Source of the DNA: a virus | Taxonomy: Duplodnaviria; Caudoviricetes | Length of the DNA: 49,165 nt | IMG/VR virus record: IMGVR_UViG_3300035183_000834 | Span: 1-49,165 of that record | Reading direction: 5' to 3' (one strand) | Part shown: piece by piece, positions 1-8,719 of the stretch | Layout of the letters: each line of letters starts with the position of its first letter | Numbering within the stretch: position 1 is the first letter of the stretch | Program-made: the position numbers and the translations under genes | The notes under the pieces: generated by a model | The model's input: the letters and a program-made list of their open reading frames with translations, nothing else | The model's database searches: none | What the model was told of the DNA's origin: nothing

Positions 1-123
1 CGATTCCGAACTCCGGCGGAACCCTTTACATCAGCATCCTGAGCCTCAGCTGGAGCGTGCAGGGGCGCATAATGCTGTACGACCGCCTGTTCGCCTGCGG
101 GGCCTACGCGTACAACGCCGACG
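1..123. repeat. Terminal direct repeat, left copy (circular-assembly overlap)
   Basis: 1-123 identical to 49043-49165; the reading frame runs through the junction. Confidence 0.97.
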
Positions 124-590
124 TGACCCTGACGGCGCAACCCAGCTACGCGTCGCGGCTTCCGATAGCGGGAGATTACAAGGGACTCCAGCTGTGGATC
201 GAGACGGTGACGGCATTCACCGGAACCCCGAGCTTCGAGATCAACTATCTCGACCAGGACGGGAACGCGGGCGACACGGGAGTCATCTCTGCCGGATCGG
301 CTCTGACCGTCGGGCGTTGTTTCCACATGCCTCTGCAGACGGGGGACAGCGGCATCCAGCAGATCACCCGGGTGCGCTGCACGGTTGCGACGGCAGGCAC
401 ATTCAATGTGATGGTGCTGCGGCCTCTGGCCGTCGCCACCTGCGCCATCACGGGACTGGGCGAGGTGCAGGACCTGCTGCGGACGGGTTTGCCGAGAATC
501 TTCCCTGACACGGCGCTCTACGCGCTGGTGGAGACCGTGGGCACGTCGTCCGGCGTGCCGCAACTGATGATCGAGGTGGCCGAGGGATGA
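1..590 (+). CDS. 3' part of junction-spanning beta-rich putative structural protein (starts at 48844, ~262 aa)
   Basis: Frame of ORF 57..590 is continuous with ATG 48844 across the overlap (MAITSLDDYIAAA...YPAIPNSGG...VQGRIMLYDRL). Confidence 0.8.
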   Translation, partial: IPNSGGTLYISILSLSWSVQGRIMLYDRLFACGAYAYNADVTLTAQPSYASRLPIAGDYKGLQLWIETVTAFTGTPSFEINYLDQDGNAGDTGVISAGSALTVGRCFHMPLQTGDSGIQQITRVRCTVATAGTFNVMVLRPLAVATCAITGLGEVQDLLRTGLPRIFPDTALYALVETVGTSSGVPQLMIEVAEG

Positions 591-1525
591 AATCCGTCTT
601 CCGCAGAGCGCCGTCCAACCGGCTTGCCGCCGGGATGCTCGTGCGCCTGAGCAACGGATGGACCGCGCACCTGGTTGCGGATGATTTTTTCGAGTGGTCC
701 GGAATCACTCATGACGGACAGGTGATCATGTCGGCGTCGGGAGGCTTTTCCGCCACAGGGCAGAGACGGGAAGGCGGAAGCGCCATCTTCCAGGGATCGT
801 CATGGATGCAGCAGTCCGCCACCCGGCAGGCAGGCGGCTCAGTGGAGATGACGGCGGCGGGCGAATTGTCAGCGTCCGGCGGACGCAGGATGCACGGGCA
901 GGCGGCGATGAGCGGCCAGAGCGGGATGTCTCCGGCTGGCGGCAAGAGCATCCCTGCAGGATCATCGATGCAGGGGCTGTCATCGATGACGCTGTCCGGA
1001 ATGCGGTCGGCTGGCGGCGAGGTGGCGATGAGCGGGCAGTCCGCCGTGGCTGCGGCGGCGCAACAGATCATGGCGGCGGCAGCCGTGATGGGGGGTCTGG
1101 GTTCCATGGCGGCGTCCGCCAGCCTGGCGAATCATGCAGCGGCGCTGATGTCCGGCTCGTCTGGATTCATCGCGGCGGCGGAGGATCATGGAGGTCCAAT
1201 GGCTCAGGTAAATCCGGCAGCGTTCCAGATCACCCGGTTCTCCGGGATGAACAGCTCAACATGGGTTGCGGTCAAGGTCCCCCCGGGAATGCCCGTGTGC
1301 CGGAAGGTGGTGATCTGCAATCAGTCCCCCAACACCATCCAGGTAACCACGGATCCGGACGACCCGTCGGCGGTGGACAGCATCCCTGCGGGCGGAACCT
1401 ACACTGTCACGTTGTTTTTCGGCATGTTCCAGGGCGGCGCTCTGATGCCGAGTCCGTACGGCGACGTGGTTTGCCTGATCAAAGGGGCCGGCCCGCAGCA
1501 GCCCCTGATACTGTTCTCGGCGTGA
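587..1525 (+). CDS. Gly/Ser/Ala/Met-rich repetitive protein with beta-rich C-terminal domain, putative fibre/spike
   Basis: Quasi-repeats such as G..AMSGQS..S; ATGA overlap with the upstream gene. Confidence 0.55.
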   Translation: MKSVFRRAPSNRLAAGMLVRLSNGWTAHLVADDFFEWSGITHDGQVIMSASGGFSATGQRREGGSAIFQGSSWMQQSATRQAGGSVEMTAAGELSASGGRRMHGQAAMSGQSGMSPAGGKSIPAGSSMQGLSSMTLSGMRSAGGEVAMSGQSAVAAAAQQIMAAAAVMGGLGSMAASASLANHAAALMSGSSGFIAAAEDHGGPMAQVNPAAFQITRFSGMNSSTWVAVKVPPGMPVCRKVVICNQSPNTIQVTTDPDDPSAVDSIPAGGTYTVTLFFGMFQGGALMPSPYGDVVCLIKGAGPQQPLILFSA

Positions 1526-1659
1526 ATCGGCAGGAGGCGGTTGATCGTGCTTGTGAAGAACGGCAGCGGCAACGTCCAGGGGGGCAACGGCAGGATCACA
1601 GGGATGGCTGCACGAACCAGAGACAGAGGGAAATCTTGGAATCAGGTGGTGAACGGAAG

Positions 1660-1941
1660 ATGGAAGTTTCGATCAACGGAGACAGCGGCCCTTCCATGCG
1701 GCTCAAGATCGGGTTCCTGGCGTTGGTTCAGGTGATTGTGGCATTGGCCACTTTTTTCGGAGCAATGAAGGTGATGAGCATGGATGTGGAACGGCTGAAA
1801 CAGGGGCAGCAGATGGCCAGTGAGAAGATCGACCGGATGCTGGATACCCAAGCCAGGATGGAAACGACGATACAGCAGCTGCGGGAAGAGGTGCGGTACT
1901 ACCGCGAGCGGCTGGATCGGCATATCGAGAAAAATCAGTGA
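1660..1941 (+). CDS. Small protein with one TM helix and a coiled coil, possible lysis protein
   Basis: MEVSING...IGFLALVQVIVALATFFGAM then heptad-like helix; start chosen inside ORF 802..1941. Confidence 0.6.
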   Translation: MEVSINGDSGPSMRLKIGFLALVQVIVALATFFGAMKVMSMDVERLKQGQQMASEKIDRMLDTQARMETTIQQLREEVRYYRERLDRHIEKNQ

Positions 1942-1958
1942 AAAGGAGGCTGGGAACG

Positions 1959-2180
1959 ATGAAGAAAGTGCTCAAAGGCGTGGTCAAGGGAGTGCAGGTC
2001 GTAGGCGTGGGGCTGGGCGCCGCGGCGCTGACGGATCCGGTTTCTCTGTCAACGATTCTGCCCCCGAAGTACCTGCCGCCGGTGCTTGCAGCCAGCGCGA
2101 TCATCAACGCATTCGCGCCGGGCCTGGCGCAGGATCTCAGGAAGAAGAAACAGGAACTGGGCGGGGAAGATGAAACGTGA
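1959..2180 (+). CDS. Small hydrophobic protein, holin-like
   Basis: AAGGAGG SD, two hydrophobic segments, charged C-terminus, near the lysozyme-like gene. Confidence 0.5.
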   Translation: MKKVLKGVVKGVQVVGVGLGAAALTDPVSLSTILPPKYLPPVLAASAIINAFAPGLAQDLRKKKQELGGEDET

Positions 2181-2242
2181 TTCGCCTGACCTTCGCCTTT
2201 TCTGGACATTATTTCCGAAATGTGGGGCATTTTGAGAACTAG

Positions 2243-2313
2243 CAGCGATAGAACCCCGCCTCGAGTGTATATACTCCTACGGAGTATATACCGAGAGCGG
2301 GGTTCTGTCGCTG
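2243..2313. repeat. Long intergenic inverted repeat/hairpin
   Basis: CAGCGATAGAACCCCGC pairs with GCGGGGTTCTGTCGCTG; inner perfect GTATATACTCC-TAC-GGAGTATATAC. Confidence 0.85.
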
Positions 2314-2443
2314 AGTTACTTGCCCTGCAGCGAGAACAATATTTCTTTTACTAGTGTTATATACGCGCGCGTATTGGTATTGAATACTGACACTGGCACT
2401 GTCACTGGCGGACGGCGCCGTCCGCCGGAAGGGAGGTTCAGTC

Positions 2444-3226
2444 ATGGCATCGATTCGCGACCTGGCCGACGCCGTCGTCCGCATGGAAGGCTCCATGCTG
2501 CCCGGCAGTGTGAACATGACCATGGTGGCCCAGCACGGGCTGTGGAACGTAGGGCATCTTGTATGGGCTGACCAGAGAAACGCAGTGCCCGTAGTCATCA
2601 ACGGGCGCACCTGGGCCGGGTGGCCGACCTACGACGAGGCCTACGCCGGCCTGATCCGGCAGATCCGGCTGGACACCTCGCGAGGAATGACACTGTCCCA
2701 GTTCATCGCCAAGTATGCGCCGAAGAATGAGAACAACACTGCCGCCTACATCGCCAACGTGAGCGCATGGACAGGAATTCCCCCCGACGCCCGGCTTTCC
2801 GATGCGCTGGATGATTGGCAAAACCCTCCCTTGGCCCCGGCGTTGAACTCCCGCCTGACGCCGGGGCCGGTTCCTGGTGGGAAACGCTCCTTGCCGGCAA
2901 TGGCGGCGGCGGATTCCAGATCGCCGGATTCGACGGAGCCGCAGCGCTCTGGCTCCTCGCAGCCGCTGTTGGCATCCTCGGCATTGTCATCCTCTCCCGG
3001 CGGGATTGAGCCAGGCAGCGGATCCGGCCCGGACTCCAGAATGCCCCGCGCGAGCGCTGGCTCAGCCCAGGACAAGCCGGAGGAGCCGGGGGATACCCTG
3101 ACCATACCCGCACCGTCTCCGGCTCGTTCCGGGCCAATTCTGGCGGCGCAGCGGGCCGCTCTCGCAAGGTTCCTGATCCGGCTGGCCCGCCTGATCTCTG
3201 GCGAAGGCCTGAGTTCTGGTGTATGA
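2444..3226 (+). CDS. Lysozyme-like (muramidase-type) protein, zero-frame product
   Basis: N-terminal ~128 aa match the phage lysozyme-like pattern (E-G; NVGHL; TLSQFIAKYAPKNENNTAAYIANV); GGGAGG SD; C-terminal half is low-complexity S/P/G/A. Confidence 0.65.
   Translation: MASIRDLADAVVRMEGSMLPGSVNMTMVAQHGLWNVGHLVWADQRNAVPVVINGRTWAGWPTYDEAYAGLIRQIRLDTSRGMTLSQFIAKYAPKNENNTAAYIANVSAWTGIPPDARLSDALDDWQNPPLAPALNSRLTPGPVPGGKRSLPAMAAADSRSPDSTEPQRSGSSQPLLASSALSSSPGGIEPGSGSGPDSRMPRASAGSAQDKPEEPGDTLTIPAPSPARSGPILAAQRAALARFLIRLARLISGEGLSSGV
2821..2882 (+). other. Putative -1 programmed ribosomal frameshift signal
   Basis: In-frame heptamer A_AAC_CCT (2821-2827), 5-nt spacer, 11-bp stem 2833-2843/2858-2868, loop 2849-2855 complementary to 2876-2882; the -1 frame (stop 3009) encodes a TM anchor. 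Confidence 0.65.
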
Positions 3227-3938
3227 TTCCCGCATGGAGAACTCCGTCATGTCCCATGAACCCTCAGTGATCGCCCTGCCCCTGCTGGAGGACTGCCATT
3301 CAGCCCGCATCGTAGACCTGGCGTGCGCTTCACTGTCGGACGCCGCCGAGTACGGCGTGTCGAACCATGGCTGGCAGATCGTGTCTCTGCCGCTCTCTCT
3401 GCTGGTCGGCAAAACCCACCTCATGCAACTCGATCTCATGGAGCCGGACTCTGCAACGAAACTCGCTGCAGTAAGCCTTGAGGCGCTTCTGCAGGCGCAG
3501 AGGGATCCCATGAGCGACCTGACCGTTCGGCGGGTCGTGACGAGGAACTACGTCATAGCCGTGGCGAGCCTGGCCGACGGCACGCATGTCTACGAAGCCG
3601 TTGAGCTTATCGCCAACCGCGACGCGGAGGATCCGGCGATGGCCGCCATCCAGTGCTACGACGACGTGGACGAAGAAGATGAATGGGAAGACGACGAGTT
3701 GGAATGGGAGGATGAGGACGAGGAATACGAGGGGGACGAGGAGGATGAGGAGGATGAGGAGGACGAGGAGGATGAGGAGGATGAGGAGGAATACGAGGAT
3801 GACGAGGATGATTCCGACTTTGAGGTGGAGGACGAGGAAATCGGCGTCGACGGCGCTGATGAGATTGACGTGGAGGAACCCGGGGAGGAAGCTTTGGATC
3901 CTGAGCCGGACGGCGACGGTGCGGGCCGGGCGGCCTGA
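3219..3938 (+). CDS. Hypothetical protein with an extremely acidic C-terminal tract
   Basis: ~60-residue Asp/Glu tract encoded partly by GAGGATGAG repeats; start may be ATG 3234. Confidence 0.75.
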   Translation: MYDSRMENSVMSHEPSVIALPLLEDCHSARIVDLACASLSDAAEYGVSNHGWQIVSLPLSLLVGKTHLMQLDLMEPDSATKLAAVSLEALLQAQRDPMSDLTVRRVVTRNYVIAVASLADGTHVYEAVELIANRDAEDPAMAAIQCYDDVDEEDEWEDDELEWEDEDEEYEGDEEDEEDEEDEEDEEDEEEYEDDEDDSDFEVEDEEIGVDGADEIDVEEPGEEALDPEPDGDGAGRAA

Positions 3939-3974
3939 CCGAAACCCGAAGCGGGCTGTGCTGTGGGTCGGCGC

Positions 3975-4100
3975 CGGCTACTGATGCAGGTTATTGCCTT
4001 CCTCTGCATTCCGTAGTATTCTCTCCATAGTCCTCTCTGGACGCGCAGCGCTCGTATCCTCCGGTGCTGCATGAGGCCATATTCCTCCGGGCCTCGCGAG
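3975..4100 (+). ncRNA. Candidate sRNA: tandem hairpins with UCCU(C)C-type loops
   Basis: Four consecutive stems with pyrimidine-rich anti-SD-like loops directly before an intrinsic terminator. Confidence 0.4.
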
Positions 4101-4140
4101 AAGCCCCTGATCCCCCCCTACCGGATCAGGGGTTTTTTCT
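4101..4140 (+). terminator. Rho-independent terminator
   Basis: CCCCTGATCC/GGATCAGGGG stem followed by TTTTTTCT. Confidence 0.85.
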
Positions 4141-4194
4141 GCTCTGTAGTGTCCAGTGGATTCGATTTTTCGCCCTCCGAATCGAAAATCCCTA

Positions 4195-4223
4195 TTGACT
4201 CCAACACAGAGCGAGTGGACAGT
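4195..4223 (+). promoter_or_regulatory. Possible sigma70 promoter
   Basis: TTGACT then 17 bp then a poor -10 (GACAGT), in an AT-richer gap after the terminator. Confidence 0.3.
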
Positions 4224-4255
4224 ATTACCATAGTGACCGATTTAGGAACTAAAAC

Positions 4256-4501
4256 ATGACCATGCACGATCTCTTCCGGAGACACCCGTACTCGATCCGG
4301 GTGCTCCGCCCCACCGCCGCCTTCCCGGACTGCGAGTGGCGCTGTTACTCCAATCTGCGGTTGCTGAAGAGCACCGTCGCCGCCTACCGGGCGTCCTGCA
4401 TCACCGCCAACGTGCAGCCCGAGTACGAGGTGCGGGTGTACGACCAGGAGCGCCGCACATGGTCGCCGTTCGAGGACATCACCCTGGGAGACCCGTCATG
4501 A
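4256..4501 (+). CDS. Hypothetical protein
   Basis: AGGA SD, first of an ATGA-coupled run of genes. Confidence 0.65.
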   Translation: MTMHDLFRRHPYSIRVLRPTAAFPDCEWRCYSNLRLLKSTVAAYRASCITANVQPEYEVRVYDQERRTWSPFEDITLGDPS

Positions 4502-4914
4502 AAAACTCCGCCCGCTGCCCTGACTACGAAATGCAGATCGCCTGGAAGCGCCACATCGACTTCCTCGCCCACTGCCGCTCTGCGAAAACGGTTGCCCTGG
4601 CGTGGATCCATTTCCGCCGCGCCGTGATGCGCTGGATGCGCCGCGAGAAGGACAATGGGCTGCGAGCCAGGCTGGGACGGCTGGCGTTTCATGATCCCGT
4701 CTCGGCTATTGACTCCCTGTACAAGGTGCTGGTTAACCTTGAACAGATCCATTGCGAGATCTACTCTCTTCTGAAAGGATTGCCCGTCAATGAATCCGAC
4801 ATCGCCTCTTCCGTCATCGAACGCCCGGACTGGCTCCCGCCTTCCGATCCGGCTGCTGGTTCCGGCGCTGCTGCTGCTCGGCGCCGCTCCCGCCGCCGCG
4901 CAGACAAAGCCTGA
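4498..4914 (+). CDS. Hypothetical protein
   Basis: ATGA overlap; MKNSARCPDYEMQIAW... Confidence 0.6.
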   Translation: MKNSARCPDYEMQIAWKRHIDFLAHCRSAKTVALAWIHFRRAVMRWMRREKDNGLRARLGRLAFHDPVSAIDSLYKVLVNLEQIHCEIYSLLKGLPVNESDIASSVIERPDWLPPSDPAAGSGAAAARRRSRRRADKA

Positions 4915-5266
4915 CGCCCGACAGCTCCGCGCCCCGGCTGCGCCGCCTGTCGTCGTGCTCGTGTTCCAGGGCGGCAAGGCGACTCTCGCCGCCCTGGGCG
5001 AGGGGCTGGCGCTCGACACCACTGTCTCGCCGCCCGTCATCCGCGCCGCAGCATCGACTGTCACGGCGTCGAAGCTCGTCCGCGCAGCGGACGGATCCTG
5101 GACGCTGCCATCCGGTTGCGCGGCCCCGGCTGCGGTTTACCGAAACGGACTGCGCCAGTGGGCTGCGGACGACTACTCGATCTCCGGCTCGGCTCTCCGC
5201 TTCCGCGACGGAGCCGCAGATCCGAGCCTCGACGACGATACCGTGATCGCGGAGTGCAAACAATGA
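4790..5266 (+). CDS. Predicted secreted beta-rich protein
   Basis: Signal-peptide-like RLLVPALLLLGAAPAAAQ; VYRNGLRQ...DYSISG motif; overlaps the previous gene by 125 nt. Confidence 0.6.
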   Translation: MNPTSPLPSSNARTGSRLPIRLLVPALLLLGAAPAAAQTKPDARQLRAPAAPPVVVLVFQGGKATLAALGEGLALDTTVSPPVIRAAASTVTASKLVRAADGSWTLPSGCAAPAAVYRNGLRQWAADDYSISGSALRFRDGAADPSLDDDTVIAECKQ

Positions 5267-5775
5267 AAACCCTGGCCGATTATCAACAGGATCCTTTCCT
5301 CATCTTCGCCTTCCCGGAATACCGGGACGATGCGTGCTACATCATGCTGGCCGAATCCGCAATCCAGTCTTTGGAAAAAGCGAAGAACTCGGTCAAGTCC
5401 CCCGTCGAGGAAGCGACCGTGCCCGTGCCGTACCTAGAACTGATCGGCATGGATGGCGTGGAAAACGACGCCAACGTCAAGCTTGGCAAGGGCGTCGGTG
5501 TGATCACGGCATACCGCCTGTGGAACTACGGAGTGGACGAGGACACCCGCCTCGATTTCGTCACCGGAGCATGTGAAACCTACGACCTGGTAAGGCTCCA
5601 GTTAAGGGAAAACAAGAACGGCTGCGAGTTCCGCGCCGTCGGAACCAGCGATTACGAGGGTCTCAAAGGCGGCGCTTACGAGTACACGCCGTGGATCCCG
5701 CTGGAGAAACTGGCCGACGCGGCGGAAAAGACGGCGCGCATGGCCGCCGACAAGGAGAACTTCGAATCGGAGTGA
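5263..5775 (+). CDS. Hypothetical protein
   Basis: ATGA overlap, GGAG SD, globular composition. Confidence 0.7.
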   Translation: MKTLADYQQDPFLIFAFPEYRDDACYIMLAESAIQSLEKAKNSVKSPVEEATVPVPYLELIGMDGVENDANVKLGKGVGVITAYRLWNYGVDEDTRLDFVTGACETYDLVRLQLRENKNGCEFRAVGTSDYEGLKGGAYEYTPWIPLEKLADAAEKTARMAADKENFESE

Positions 5776-6116
5776 CGGCTGTGCGGCTGCTTCTCCCGTT
5801 GCTGGCTCTGACACTCGCCGCCCAAACCCGCATCGACGCGCCCACGCAGGCGCGAAGCATGAGCGGACGAGCCTACTACTACGCCGGCACAGAGCCATTG
5901 TCGATCCCGGCCAACTCGTGCGCAGAGTTCCAGTTCCCGGCGCCGGGCGCAGGAATCGGGGATCGTATCGCTCCCGGCTGGCCGGAGTCGCTCCCCTCCG
6001 GCGTCGTCGGCGTCATGCGCGGCGCGGACAACGCCATCGTGGTGCGCTTGTGCGCCGTGGGAACCGCCGCTGCTGTTCCGTCTGCCGTATGGAGTGCGAT
6101 TGTGATCCGGGAATGA
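5772..6116 (+). CDS. Predicted secreted small beta-rich protein
   Basis: GTGA overlap; signal-peptide-like MTAVRLLLPLLALTLAAQ. Confidence 0.6.
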   Translation: MTAVRLLLPLLALTLAAQTRIDAPTQARSMSGRAYYYAGTEPLSIPANSCAEFQFPAPGAGIGDRIAPGWPESLPSGVVGVMRGADNAIVVRLCAVGTAAAVPSAVWSAIVIRE

Positions 6117-6125
6117 ACTGGAGGT

Positions 6126-6353
6126 ATGACGATGTTTCCTGATCCTGCGGATCTCGCCGCATCCCGCGACGCGTTCCTCGAACGCCAGCACCGTCTGTGG
6201 CTCGCAGACAACCGCGACCGCATCGAGGAACTCATCGGGAAGCTGCGCGAGGCGTACTCGCTTTCCCGCAAGGTCTGGTCCAGCGACGAGGACGAGGTGC
6301 CTGCGGCGATTCTCAATGCGCTGTACACGGCTGAGTCGGAGCTGGAGGACTGA
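6126..6353 (+). CDS. Hypothetical protein
   Basis: GGAGG SD, helical acidic 75 aa. Confidence 0.65.
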   Translation: MTMFPDPADLAASRDAFLERQHRLWLADNRDRIEELIGKLREAYSLSRKVWSSDEDEVPAAILNALYTAESELED

Positions 6354-6634
6354 TGAGAGTCCTGAACCTGGGCGCCGGCGTGCAGAGCACAACCACCAAG
6401 TCGAACGAGCAGTGGCTCTGGCTGCGGGACAACGACCCGGAGGGCTGGGCGCGTGCGGTCGAGATCGACGAGGCCCTGAGAAACGGCGCTGTCGCCAGCC
6501 GGGGGATGGCCGGGCAGCAGTACGTGCATCGGTCCGCAGTGCCGCTAGCCGAAGCCGACCTGGAGCAGGACGGCGGATCCAGCAGCCCGCAGTTGTCGTT
6601 CGCGCTGGAATGCACAGGCATGTGCGGGGTTTGA
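6353..6634 (+). pseudogene. Internally deleted PAPS-reductase-family (PP-loop) gene remnant
   Basis: N-terminal MRVLNLGAGVQSTT motif joined directly to the family's C-terminal WARAVEIDEALR...YVHRSAVPL...ECTGMCGV; central domain absent. Confidence 0.55.
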
Positions 6635-6651
6635 CTGGGAGACAGGATGCC

Positions 6652-6897
6652 ATGACTGATTTCAACCACGGAGATGCATACCGGCTCCGGGCGCTGGGAG
6701 TGGCGGCGGATCCGGACGGGCTGAGCGTGATCACGAGCGAAGAGTTTCTCAGAGCCTGCCTGAACGCGCTGTTCCGGGTTCAGCGGGAGCGAAACGAGGC
6801 GCTGGCCGCAGCGGCCCGGTGGCAGCGTCTGTTCTGGCTGTGCTCGATGGTCTCGCTGGCGGCGGCGGCAGTCGCTGCGAGGAGCTGGCCATGGTGA
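6652..6897 (+). CDS. Hypothetical protein with C-terminal hydrophobic segment
   Basis: MTDFNHG...LFWLCSMVSLAAAAVAA. Confidence 0.55.
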   Translation: MTDFNHGDAYRLRALGVAADPDGLSVITSEEFLRACLNALFRVQRERNEALAAAARWQRLFWLCSMVSLAAAAVAARSWPW

Positions 6898-8108
6898 GAG
6901 ACAGGGGGTGTCTGGAACGGTTCATCCGCGAGGCTGCGGACGAGGACGAGCTGCAGGCGGTGCTTGACTACTACTACGGCGGCAGCATTGAGAGCTACCT
7001 GGAGTCCATGGATCTGAACTCCGGGGAGGATCTGGACGAGCTGATCGAGGACTGGGGCGGGGAAACCAACGCCAGGCAGTTCATCTACGACTCCGTCCAC
7101 GAGGACTTCCGCGACGTCGAGGAGATGCTTGAGAAAGAGCGGCGGCGGCGGGAGATCGAGGAAGAGGAGGATCGGCAATGGGCGGCCTACCGCCGCCTGG
7201 TTGTGCCGCTGATGGAGCAGGCCGTGCGGTACGCGCGGCGCCATCCCGACATCTACTCGATCCGGGAGAACGAATCGAGCACCTACATCTACGGCCCCGG
7301 CGGCGTGATCCGGTTCAGCGACCACCCGCAGAAAGTCGAGTACGACAGCCGGGGGTATCCCGTCGTTCGCGGCGGCTGGGCAAAGAGAGGCGGGCTTTGG
7401 GAGGACAGCTACTACCCGGCGGCGGACTACTCGCTCGATCCGTCCAACATGGACAGAATCGACTGGGAGGACGTGCAGAAGTGGCTCGAGAGCATCGCCC
7501 GCGACGAGGACGACATCCCGAGGGAAAGCAACCCGCCGCACTGGGCGTCCAGGCGCATTCCCACGACGCACTGGGGCTGGGTCGTCGACGGCAGGGTCCA
7601 CGACTTCCTTACCCACGAGCCTGAGGACGGAGCCGAGGTGTGGGACCACGGGCAGGCGGCGCGGTGGCTCATGGAAAGGAAACCGGAACTGGCCCGCCGC
7701 ACGCTGGAAATGATCCGCAGGCTGCCCGGCGGCTCCCGCATCCGGTCGCTCGACGACCTGCACTGGCAGTCGTCCCTGTTCACCGGGTTCGAGCACGCTG
7801 GCGCCGTCCGGTTCCTCGTCCAGCCGCCGGTGCTCGAGATGACCACCGCGTTCCTCGACGACAGCCGTTTCCGGGACAAGATCGGGAACCTGACCTACGC
7901 CATGCGCTCGCTGGCCCGGCACGCCGAGCAGGGCGGCTACGTCGAGTTCAGCGTCGGCGGCTCGGTCAAGGCGAACGAGATCAAGGTTTCCCGCAGCTAC
8001 GTTCTCGATTTCGACAGCCGCGCCGAGCTGGTCGATGCCGCCGAACAGCTGGAGGTCATCGACCGCAAGTCCAAGCTGGCCGCGTGGCTCAAGGCGAGAG
8101 GAGCATGA
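6891..8108 (+). CDS. Hypothetical acidic protein (~405 aa)
   Basis: Long ORF, GAGGAG SD, coupled to neighbours. Confidence 0.75.
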   Translation: MVRDRGCLERFIREAADEDELQAVLDYYYGGSIESYLESMDLNSGEDLDELIEDWGGETNARQFIYDSVHEDFRDVEEMLEKERRRREIEEEEDRQWAAYRRLVVPLMEQAVRYARRHPDIYSIRENESSTYIYGPGGVIRFSDHPQKVEYDSRGYPVVRGGWAKRGGLWEDSYYPAADYSLDPSNMDRIDWEDVQKWLESIARDEDDIPRESNPPHWASRRIPTTHWGWVVDGRVHDFLTHEPEDGAEVWDHGQAARWLMERKPELARRTLEMIRRLPGGSRIRSLDDLHWQSSLFTGFEHAGAVRFLVQPPVLEMTTAFLDDSRFRDKIGNLTYAMRSLARHAEQGGYVEFSVGGSVKANEIKVSRSYVLDFDSRAELVDAAEQLEVIDRKSKLAAWLKARGA

Positions 8109-8719
8109 CCGGGAACTCCAGGAGCATCCGATATGCAACCAGGGAGCAGATCGACGCACTGCTCCGCGCTGCGAAGGGCAACGTCCGCGACAGGGCGCTG
8201 CTGACCGTGATGTACTGGCGCGGCCTGCGCGCATCGGAAGCCGGCAAGCTCATGCTCGCCGACTACAACCAGCAGGCGCGCCGTCTGTTCGTCAGACGGG
8301 CCAAGCGCGGTTTGGGCGCGGAGTATCCACTGTCGCCCGACGAGGTCTCTGCGCTCTCCGCGTGGCTGCGGGTGCGGGGTTCGGATCCGGGGCCGTTGTT
8401 CGTCTCGAAGAAGCAGCGCCCGGTCAGCCGTCAGCTTGTGTTCGACCTGGTGCGCCGCTATGCGCAGATGGCAGGCTGGCCCGGGGAGCTGTGCCATCCG
8501 CACACGCTGAGGCACTCCATCGCCGTTCATTTGGTCGAGCAGGGCGTCGACCTGCTCGCCATCAAGGACTGGCTGGGGCACAGCAGCATCAACAGCACGG
8601 TCATATACGCCCAGCTGACCAGCCGCACGCGCAACAAGGTTGCCGAGCAGGTGTATTCCTCGCTGGAGCCGGAAAAAGTGAGAGTGGACTGGGGCAGGAA
8701 CGAAAAGAGGCGGCGATGA
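8105..8719 (+). CDS. Small tyrosine recombinase (catalytic domain only, FimB/Xer-like)
   Basis: [27 protein letters not shown] give the R-HxxR-H-Y catalytic set; 204 aa. Confidence 0.92.
   Translation: MTGNSRSIRYATREQIDALLRAAKGNVRDRALLTVMYWRGLRASEAGKLMLADYNQQARRLFVRRAKRGLGAEYPLSPDEVSALSAWLRVRGSDPGPLFVSKKQRPVSRQLVFDLVRRYAQMAGWPGELCHPHTLRHSIAVHLVEQGVDLLAIKDWLGHSSINSTVIYAQLTSRTRNKVAEQVYSSLEPEKVRVDWGRNEKRRR

Noticed and set aside
1-123. Biological terminal repeat of a linear genome
   Set aside because: It lies mid-gene with the frame continuous, as expected for an assembly overlap of a circular or permuted molecule; not distinguishable further without reads
3933-3960. CTGACCGAAAC resembling a hammerhead core
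   Set aside because: Lacks the GA of CUGANGA and has no stem II
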